Assembly (NCBI GenBank): GCA_016839815.1
Contig: JAEOTM010000154.1
Coordinates: 1 to 42,251 of the forward strand
Source: Candidatus Hodarchaeota archaeon
GTDB taxonomy: Archaea; Asgardarchaeota; Heimdallarchaeia; Hodarchaeales; Hodarchaeaceae
Direction: 5' to 3'
Length of the DNA stretch: 42,251 nucleotides
Shown: positions 27,115 to 34,867 of the stretch, piece by piece
Numbering within the stretch: position 1 is the first letter of the stretch
Layout: each line of letters starts with the position of its first letter
Translations under genes and position numbers: made by a program
The notes under the pieces: generated by a model
Seen by the model: the letters and a program-made list of their open reading frames with translations, nothing else
Databases searched by the model: none
What the model was told of the DNA's origin: nothing

Positions 27115-27473
27115 ATAATAGTTTTTAATATTCTATTGGAGCATTAAAGTATTCCAGTCTTTCTTGGAGGAAAATTCGTTTCTATTCGATTAGGATATAA
27201 AACCGCACCCTAATCATTTTTGTTTAACATCAAGAGGTGTAAGATTACTTTCTTGTGTGATCTAGCTTCTAATAAAATCTGAACTTAATCTGGATAAAGT
27301 TATTAGAATAGAGAATCTCATAATGGGAAGACAGAAAAGCGAACACGAATAGTTGGAATTACGGTAAACCTTCTCCCGAACAGTTTTCACTGTTAACAAT
27401 ACCTCGGGAACATAAACTCATTTTACCAAAGTAAAAACATCTTTCCAAACTTTTCTAAAGAGATCTGAGGTCA

Positions 27474-29399
27474 ATGTTTTCTACTCAAAAGAAAGACGGT
27501 TTAGGGCGTATAGGCACTTTAGTTACATCTCATGGAAAAATATCCACACCTGTATTGTTACCTGTTATTAATCCTAACAGACAAGAAATTCCACCAGCTG
27601 ATATGGTTAGATGTGGAGCAGAAGCGTTCATAACAAACTCGTATTTACTATACCGTGACATTTCAAACAGAGAAAAAGCTATAAAACACGGTTTACATAA
27701 TATTATCGAATTTAATGGCCCCATAATGACTGATTCAGGAGCGTTTCAACTAATGGAGTATGGAGAAGTATCTATTACAAATTCATTAGTCACTATGTTT
27801 CAGGAACAGATCAAAAGTGATATAGGGGTTTTTTTGGATATTCCTACAAAACAGGTTGAATATAAAGAAGTCCAGACAGCATTGAAGAAAACATTAGAAC
27901 GAGCTGATGAACATATTCGATGTCGTGATGCTTCGAGTAGTACTCTGTGGGCGGGGCCTATTCAGGGAGGAGAATTTTTGGATTTAGTTGAAGATTCAAG
28001 TAAAGAAATGGCACAAAAAGCCTTTAATATTCATCCAATTGGTTCTGTAGTCCCCTATCTAGAGCGATACGATTTTGAAACCGTTGTGAAAATGATTTTG
28101 ACGGCAAAGAAGCATCTTCCTTTAAATCGACCCATTCATCTATTTGGAGCAGGTCACCCGATGTTTTTCGCAATTTCTGTCTTCCTTGGTATTGATATGT
28201 TTGATTCAGCAGCCTACTTCTTATATGCGAGAAAAAATCGTTATTTGACGGCATTTGGAACCCATTATTTGGACGATCTTCAGTATTTTCCTTGTTCGTG
28301 TAAAATTTGTCTTTCATATAAGGTTAAAGAGTTCCGACGGCTTGATAGTAGAACACGTACACATTTACTGGCCAAACACAATCTCAATGTGAGCTTTGAA
28401 GAAATACAACGAATTAAACAAGCAATTGTTGAAGGAAGACTGTATGAACTTGTATTATCGCGAACAATGAATCATCCTTCACTCGCTCGATTGATCCCTC
28501 TGTTATTTAACGATTCTACTTCAAAATTTATTGAACCCTATTCTCCCATTTCCGCTAATAGGGCGAAATTATTTACACATTCAGCGCTAAAGTATCACCC
28601 GCTAATCCTAAGATATAAAGAAAGAATTCTCAAAAGATTCTATCCTTGGAGTTCTCGGTTAATATTAGCACGCGACTATCGTAAAATTCGATCAACCAGA
28701 AACTTTCAGGTATTGAAGATTTCACCTCTTTTTGGTGTAGTACCAGATGAATTACAAGGAGTTTTTCCTCTCGTTCAACATGAAAGAATCCCTATGAGCT
28801 TTGAAGAACAGGATATTAAATTTATTGAAAAGTTTCTTAACAAATATCATGATCTATTCCAATCAATAGAACTTCATTCAAAATTTGATGTGGAAAGTGG
28901 AATCCTTGAATCTTTTAAACTCATGGAAAAAGATAAGGATACGAAAAAACCCTCTGATAAATTTAAACTTAATGCTCTGATAGATTTTCAATTTGGATCT
29001 GGTATACATAGAATATTCAATGATATGCCTGTTTCTATAACCCGTTCCTCTAAAACTGGAATACTGAGACATTTTACTTCTAACGGGAAGATACTAGGTA
29101 CCATCAGACCAGTCGATTTTTCAATAATTCCTTCAAAATCATTCGCGAAATTACTATGTGAATTCATCCCTGCACCTAGGTTGCGCGTAGTTGCCTCGGA
29201 AGATAGTGTTCCTTTTGTTGCTGAAAATAAGGATCTTCTGGCAAAGTTTGTGATAGATGTAGATCCAAAAATAAGATGTGGAGAAGAGGTGTTTGTAGTA
29301 GATGAAAACAAGAATTTCATTAATTCTGGTAGTGCGCATTTATCAGCAAAGGAAATGATTGATTTTGATCATGGAATCGCTGTAAGAATTCGAAGATAA
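27474..29399 (+). CDS. tgtA: tRNA-guanine(15) transglycosylase (archaeosine TGT) with PUA domain
   Basis: TPVLLPVINP, MTDSGAFQL, PIQGG, HLFGAGHP, DMFDSAAY, Zn site CSCKIC...H, C-terminal PUA ending AVRIRR. Confidence 0.96.
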   Translation: MFSTQKKDGLGRIGTLVTSHGKISTPVLLPVINPNRQEIPPADMVRCGAEAFITNSYLLYRDISNREKAIKHGLHNIIEFNGPIMTDSGAFQLMEYGEVSITNSLVTMFQEQIKSDIGVFLDIPTKQVEYKEVQTALKKTLERADEHIRCRDASSSTLWAGPIQGGEFLDLVEDSSKEMAQKAFNIHPIGSVVPYLERYDFETVVKMILTAKKHLPLNRPIHLFGAGHPMFFAISVFLGIDMFDSAAYFLYARKNRYLTAFGTHYLDDLQYFPCSCKICLSYKVKEFRRLDSRTRTHLLAKHNLNVSFEEIQRIKQAIVEGRLYELVLSRTMNHPSLARLIPLLFNDSTSKFIEPYSPISANRAKLFTHSALKYHPLILRYKERILKRFYPWSSRLILARDYRKIRSTRNFQVLKISPLFGVVPDELQGVFPLVQHERIPMSFEEQDIKFIEKFLNKYHDLFQSIELHSKFDVESGILESFKLMEKDKDTKKPSDKFKLNALIDFQFGSGIHRIFNDMPVSITRSSKTGILRHFTSNGKILGTIRPVDFSIIPSKSFAKLLCEFIPAPRLRVVASEDSVPFVAENKDLLAKFVIDVDPKIRCGEEVFVVDENKNFINSGSAHLSAKEMIDFDHGIAVRIRR

Positions 29400-29529
29400 G
29401 TTCTTTGGGCACTATCAGAAAAAGAAAAAGTCCGATTGTTAAAGCATCTCGTTTTAGAAATCAGGTACTAGCCACAAGCGTTAACTTTTATATTTTGGAT
29501 ATATTTAGTGAAAAACGGAGGATATATTC

Positions 29530-30459
29530 TTGCCACAACGAACCAGAAGGAAAAATTTGCTGGAAATCTCTAACCAGCCTGAACTCTGGATTTTCAGTAA
29601 TCTACTGGCTGAAAAGTGGATTAATGAAAATAACCTAGAAGAACCAGTTTTTGAACGACGAGTAACAATGCCTTTCTCACTCCCTTCTGGTAGTGCGATC
29701 TTTAAAATTGAATCTGAAGGTACCCAAGGGGATGTAATATCTTTTTCAATTGCCCATTCGTCTGAAATTTATCTTATCCAGTTATTGGATCCCGCACAAT
29801 TTCTAAAATTTAAACAGACAGTGCTATCAGCAGTAGAAACAATCTATAATGAGAATTTCAATTTTTTTAGTTACCTTAAACCCTACTTTCTACCAAAATT
29901 AAGAGAATTTGGTGTTATGGAAGTCCTAGGGGATACACCTATTCAAGATTTAGCTGATTATGGAGTAAAATCAAGAATTTTACAACGGATATCAGATCCT
30001 GTCCAGGGATATGAGGTACCACAATACTGGCGCGTAAACAGGAATTTAGAAGCTTTACAGAATAAGGAATTGCGAAATGAAAACCGAATTTTCTCCCTCC
30101 GCTCAGCTATCTGTGATCGATTGGCTAAACATGCAGTAATTGAAAGTCTCCGATGTGCCGTCATTACACTCAAGCGTTATGCAGATTTACTTGATAGCAT
30201 GACTTCCGAATCTAAAATCGAATATTCTGATGAATATTTGGAACTTGCTGACGGTTTATATCAATTAGGAGAGTTTCAAGACTCCGCTGTGTTTTATTCA
30301 AAATGCTTATCACATTCAAATTTTGAACATAAGGAGGAAGAAGTTCGGAATAAAATATTAGCTGCATTAAAATCGTCAATAGAACAGCTGGAACCCCAAG
30401 AGTTCCTTGAATATGCGATATTCGCAGCAAGAGTTGCACGTGGACACGAAGAAAATTAG
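29530..30459 (+). CDS. Hypothetical protein with C-terminal TPR-like helices
   Basis: TTG start preceded by GGAGG; YLELADGLYQLGEFQDSAVFYSKCL fits a TPR consensus. Confidence 0.65.
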   Translation: MPQRTRRKNLLEISNQPELWIFSNLLAEKWINENNLEEPVFERRVTMPFSLPSGSAIFKIESEGTQGDVISFSIAHSSEIYLIQLLDPAQFLKFKQTVLSAVETIYNENFNFFSYLKPYFLPKLREFGVMEVLGDTPIQDLADYGVKSRILQRISDPVQGYEVPQYWRVNRNLEALQNKELRNENRIFSLRSAICDRLAKHAVIESLRCAVITLKRYADLLDSMTSESKIEYSDEYLELADGLYQLGEFQDSAVFYSKCLSHSNFEHKEEEVRNKILAALKSSIEQLEPQEFLEYAIFAARVARGHEEN

Positions 30460-30483
30460 CAAACGAGGAAACGAAAGTAAGAA

Positions 30484-31203
30484 TCACCCAAGAATCTGTT
30501 TGAACAAATTCAATTCGAGAATCGTCGAACCATAAAAAATCTCTGCATAGGCACACCCGACGAGGGAACCGAAGTATCTACCCATCCCTTCAATCCATTC
30601 AATAATGGGAGGATTATAGGATGGGTGAGCTCTAAACTGGGATTCATATGCTAACAACGCCTTCTTTTTTGTTTCAAAATGTTTCGATATATTTATGGTA
30701 AATTGCATTGGTTGAGCTTGAGTAAATAGTTCACGAGCTGTATAATAGTAAAATATATGGTGAATACGCCAAGGTTTCATTCCGTCGAATAAATGTTCCC
30801 ATTTAGATAATCTACTATAGAAAACAGATGCATCAAATATCAATTGGCTTTGGTAATGATCGGGAGATGCTTTTGGTGTCATTCCTTGCATACCGATTAC
30901 AATTTTAGGTCTCATCTTCCTGAAAACTTTAGCTAATTTCATACGTGCTTCTATATTATCAAGAAGTTCTCTATTTGGTAAATCCAGTGTAACTCGTTCA
31001 ATCCCGAGAATATTAGCTGCCTTTAATGATTCATCAATGCGAACTTGAGGATTATCGTTAAAGGGGGTTGGTTCTCCGTTTGTTAGGTCCACAATTGCTA
31101 TACGATAGCCCATTTCTGAGAGTAGTGCAAGAGTTCCGCCACATCCAATTTCAGCATCATCAGGGTGAGGTGAAACTGCAATTAAATCATAACTTTTGTT
31201 CAT
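30484..31203 (-). CDS. PIG-L/LmbE family deacetylase (BshB1-like)
   Basis: SPHPDDAEIGCGG, VDLTNGE, PDH, ALLAYESQF, YAEIF. Start placed at ATG 31203. Confidence 0.9.
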   Translation of the reverse strand: MNKSYDLIAVSPHPDDAEIGCGGTLALLSEMGYRIAIVDLTNGEPTPFNDNPQVRIDESLKAANILGIERVTLDLPNRELLDNIEARMKLAKVFRKMRPKIVIGMQGMTPKASPDHYQSQLIFDASVFYSRLSKWEHLFDGMKPWRIHHIFYYYTARELFTQAQPMQFTINISKHFETKKKALLAYESQFRAHPSYNPPIIEWIEGMGRYFGSLVGCAYAEIFYGSTILELNLFKQILG

Positions 31204-31507
31204 TAGTCCATTTTCTCCTATAATATTCTCAAAATAAAGCAAAGTAAAAAACTAATCTAGAACTTGAATTTAATTACCAAAAAATCGTCGGGCTACTTAA
31301 AAAATTCAGAATATTATCTGAATATTATATTTTATAGGAGGATAAGATCCTTCCAGAATTTAGCATTCCTTTTTAAGTAGAAGAATAATAAAGAAATAGA
31401 CTGACAAGTGAGATAAGTGTTAGGATATTGGTACTAGTCCTGATAATTTATCGTTCTAAGTGATTCTCAGGCTTTATTTCACAGAAAAAATTTTCGAGGA
31501 ACATTCA

Positions 31508-32212
31508 TTGAGTCAAGAAGAAGAGCTGGTGTTTGAAGAGTCGCAACAAGGGATAAAAATTGTTATCTGGGGACCAACATTAGCAGGAAAAACTACAGCA
31601 TTAAGCTTATTCCATGCAATCAAGAAAAAAGAAGACCCTGAAAGTGTTTATAATTTTTTAAAACTTGAAGATAAAGCTACGGAAAGAACTATTGGTTTTG
31701 ATCAAGCTACTTTTGGTTTAGGTGGCGGTCCAGGTAAAGGCTTCAAGTACCACCTTTTCACAACCCCTGGGCAGGATAGATTCAAATCCATGAGAAAAAT
31801 CGTAATTAATGGGCTTCATGGATTGATAGTAGTAATCGATTCAGAGAAAGCTCGATGGGATGAGAATAAGGATAGTCTGAAAGAACTCTTTGAAGTTTCT
31901 GGGGATAAAATCTATTCTGGAGAAATAAAAATCGCTATTATGCTCAACAAGATGGATTTACCTGTAGAGTCACGTATAAGTGCAGCAGATGTTGGGAGAT
32001 TAATGCTAGAAGCTGGCGTTTCTGATTCGTTACGCGACACGTTTGCGAGTACGTTCGAAGTCAGCTGTCTAGATGCATTAAGTGCACTACGAGATGCGTG
32101 GAATAAGGGGGAATGGAATCCAAAACAACGCCCCCAAGCGGTTCAAAGGATAATTCAACCCATTCAGATGGTCATTCGTGATATTCTTATTTCAGAACTA
32201 CAAAAGCGCTGA
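31508..32212 (+). CDS. MglA-family small GTPase
   Basis: G1 GPTLAGKTT, G2 ERTIGFD, G3 TTPGQ (T instead of D, an MglA hallmark), VIDS, G4 NKMD. Likely TTG start at 31508 after GAGGA. Confidence 0.88.
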   Translation: MSQEEELVFEESQQGIKIVIWGPTLAGKTTALSLFHAIKKKEDPESVYNFLKLEDKATERTIGFDQATFGLGGGPGKGFKYHLFTTPGQDRFKSMRKIVINGLHGLIVVIDSEKARWDENKDSLKELFEVSGDKIYSGEIKIAIMLNKMDLPVESRISAADVGRLMLEAGVSDSLRDTFASTFEVSCLDALSALRDAWNKGEWNPKQRPQAVQRIIQPIQMVIRDILISELQKR

Positions 32213-32418
32213 ATTCTTCTGAATCGTTGTTCTAGTTAAATATTTTGTTACTAGAAAATTAAGAATGATTAAAGCAAAAATGATTTTATATTGATTAAAT
32301 CACTTTCAATCAAAGGCTATTCGCGTTGAATCTTGGAACTTTTGAATGAAATCTGATTTCAACCCAATTATTCAAATTTAAGCTCATGTAAAAACCATAC
32401 ATCTCTTGAGGATTAATA

Positions 32419-34305
32419 ATGTATAAAAATAAATTACAAGAAATTATTGCAGGTCGTCATAAACTTGAAGAAAAAGAGAGATTACGGTTAGATCTTAAAC
32501 CATCGGTGATTCCTCCCTTACCAAAAGGAAAGGACGCTTTAACTCCTACGACAAATGCTGGTTGGCAAACTGAGGGTATAATTCGTGCTATTATATCGAA
32601 TCTTCATAATGGAAAAAATTGGGAGCATCTTTTCATTTATGGAGGCAGTGGGAAAGCGATGAGAAATTGGAAAGCATACCATGAAACCATAGATATGCTA
32701 CAATCTCTCAAGTCCAACGAAACCCTTTTCATGCAATCTGGAGTTCCTTATGGAAAAACTATAACCCATGAATTTGCCCCGAGATGTGTTGTGACAAATT
32801 CGGTTATAGTACCAAACTGGACACAATCATTTCAAGAAATGGTTGATGCAGGTTTGACGGTTTATGGTCAAATGACCGCAGGGAGCTGGATATTTATTGG
32901 ATTACAGGGAATAATTCAAGGTACTTTTGAAACGATGATGGCAGCAATTAAATCGGCTGAAACATCTGATAATTATAGGAAATTGAGTCCATTCGAACAG
33001 AAAATTATCGTTACTGCAGGACTTGGTCTTATGGGAGGAGCTCAGGCTTTAGCCATAAAAATGGCTGGAAAGATCGCAGTAATAGCAGAAATTGATCCAT
33101 CAAATTTAGATCGTATGTATAATGAAGGACGAGAAAAAGGAACCCCATATTTGGACATACAGGTTGATTCCATTGAAGAAGGGGTAAAACTAGCTCAAGA
33201 ATACGCTGAAAAAAAAGAACCTACCTCCATCGGAATATTATGCAATGCAGTCGACTTATTAGACTATTTACTTGAAAAAAGAATTACTCCTCATGTTATT
33301 ACTGACCAAACTTCAGCTCATGACATGTTAAATGGCTATATACCCTCAGATCTGTCTTATACCGAAGCAGTGGCACTTAGGAAATCTAATCCAGACAAAT
33401 ATAAAAAATTGGCGTTTAAAACTGTGAAATCCCATGTAAAATTAATGGTGGAGCTACAAAAGAGAGGTGCTGAAACATTTGACTATGGTAACAATATTCG
33501 TACCCAAGCTTTTAAAGAGGGTTATCAAAATGCTTATGATTTTTCCGGATTTGTCCCTAATTACATTAGACCACTGTTTTGTGAAGGAAAGGGACCATTT
33601 AGATGGGCCGCTTTATCTAACAATCCAAAAGATATCTTAACGACTGATAGATATGCTGAAATGCTTTTTCATGATGATAAAATGTTAATCAATTGGATCA
33701 ACCTAGCATCGAAGTATATTCCATTTGAGAAAGGATTACCTGCGCGAGTGTTTTGGGCGGGTTACAGAGGTAGAGCAGCATTTGGTATGTTACTAAACAA
33801 ACTTTATGCTGATGGACTGATTGATGCACCTGTAATTATAGGTAGAGATCATTTAGATGGAGGATCAGTTGCTAGTCCTTATAGAGAAACTGAAGGAATG
33901 AAAGATGGATCAGATGCGATCGGTGATTATCCTGTTTTAAATCTATTAGGAAATGCTCTTTCTGGAGCGACATGGGTCAGTTATCATGGGGGAGGGGGAG
34001 TTGGAGTTGGGTATTCTCTTCATGCAGGACAAGTATGTGTTGCTGATGGAACTCAAATCTCACAGGAACGATTATTTAGAGTACTTACTTGGGATCCTAT
34101 GTCAGCTATATTACGTCATGCAGCAGCTGGCTACGATCAGTCTCTTCAAGTCGCAAAAACAAATGGAATTATTGTACCTGGAAACACAGAACAAAAAAAT
34201 AATGATTACAGGGAATTATATGAGGAATTAATAACAGTTGTAAAGGAACGTACTGGAATAAACTTATTTTCCCCCTCTAGTAGTATGAATCTTCAAATTT
34301 TGTAG
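32419..34305 (+). CDS. hutU: Urocanate hydratase
   Basis: IYGGSGKA, YGQMTAGSWIFIG.QGI.QGT, TAGLGLMGGAQ, TDQTSAHD, FDYGNNIR, FCEGKGPFRW, GRDHLD, GGGVGVG. Confidence 0.96.
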   Translation: MYKNKLQEIIAGRHKLEEKERLRLDLKPSVIPPLPKGKDALTPTTNAGWQTEGIIRAIISNLHNGKNWEHLFIYGGSGKAMRNWKAYHETIDMLQSLKSNETLFMQSGVPYGKTITHEFAPRCVVTNSVIVPNWTQSFQEMVDAGLTVYGQMTAGSWIFIGLQGIIQGTFETMMAAIKSAETSDNYRKLSPFEQKIIVTAGLGLMGGAQALAIKMAGKIAVIAEIDPSNLDRMYNEGREKGTPYLDIQVDSIEEGVKLAQEYAEKKEPTSIGILCNAVDLLDYLLEKRITPHVITDQTSAHDMLNGYIPSDLSYTEAVALRKSNPDKYKKLAFKTVKSHVKLMVELQKRGAETFDYGNNIRTQAFKEGYQNAYDFSGFVPNYIRPLFCEGKGPFRWAALSNNPKDILTTDRYAEMLFHDDKMLINWINLASKYIPFEKGLPARVFWAGYRGRAAFGMLLNKLYADGLIDAPVIIGRDHLDGGSVASPYRETEGMKDGSDAIGDYPVLNLLGNALSGATWVSYHGGGGVGVGYSLHAGQVCVADGTQISQERLFRVLTWDPMSAILRHAAAGYDQSLQVAKTNGIIVPGNTEQKNNDYRELYEELITVVKERTGINLFSPSSSMNLQIL

Positions 34306-34371
34306 AATTGCATCCAAATAAAGAATAAACTATTGAATTCAACTAGAAATAATAAAACAGAAGGATTAATA

Positions 34372-34836
34372 ATGAATTATTCAACACAAGAATCCCCATC
34401 AATCTCTCAGTGGATATCAGAACACAAAGGAATTACTTTTTCTTCACTTTTCGGTGTAATATTCACAAGCATCGACATCCTCGATAGACTTGGATACGAA
34501 ACGACTGCTAGTGGACCAATGTTGATAATGATGGAAACTGTTCTATTAATTATCATCTTCTTTGGAATGTTGATTTTTATCTATAACTTTGGATACATAG
34601 TAATCATGTTAGCCGTTGATGAGGGTTTAAATGATGAAGAAGTAATTCTAATTAAATGGATTTTGCGTAGAGCTGTTTTAATATCAGCTGGATGGTTCAT
34701 CGGAGTTATTTTACTGATGTTAACGTTGAGCGATCAGCCGTATATGTTAGCGGGAATAAATTGCTTTCTATTAGCCAGTTTGTTGTATATCCTTAGAAAA
34801 GGTGAAAATCCTTTAGTTGAAGGAGTTTCAGTTTAA
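34372..34836 (+). CDS. Small integral membrane protein (about 4 TM)
   Basis: Four hydrophobic segments; ATG 34372 is in frame with the track ORF at 34333. Confidence 0.65.
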   Translation: MNYSTQESPSISQWISEHKGITFSSLFGVIFTSIDILDRLGYETTASGPMLIMMETVLLIIIFFGMLIFIYNFGYIVIMLAVDEGLNDEEVILIKWILRRAVLISAGWFIGVILLMLTLSDQPYMLAGINCFLLASLLYILRKGENPLVEGVSV

Positions 34837-34867
34837 CTTCCCTCCTCTATTATCGGAAATGTAATGT

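Noticed and set aside
29405-29638. 77-aa ORF overlapping the 29530 gene (possible frameshifted N-terminus)
   Set aside because: The 29530 TTG has its own GGAGG. The short ORF has no recognisable features and no obvious slippery site links the frames.
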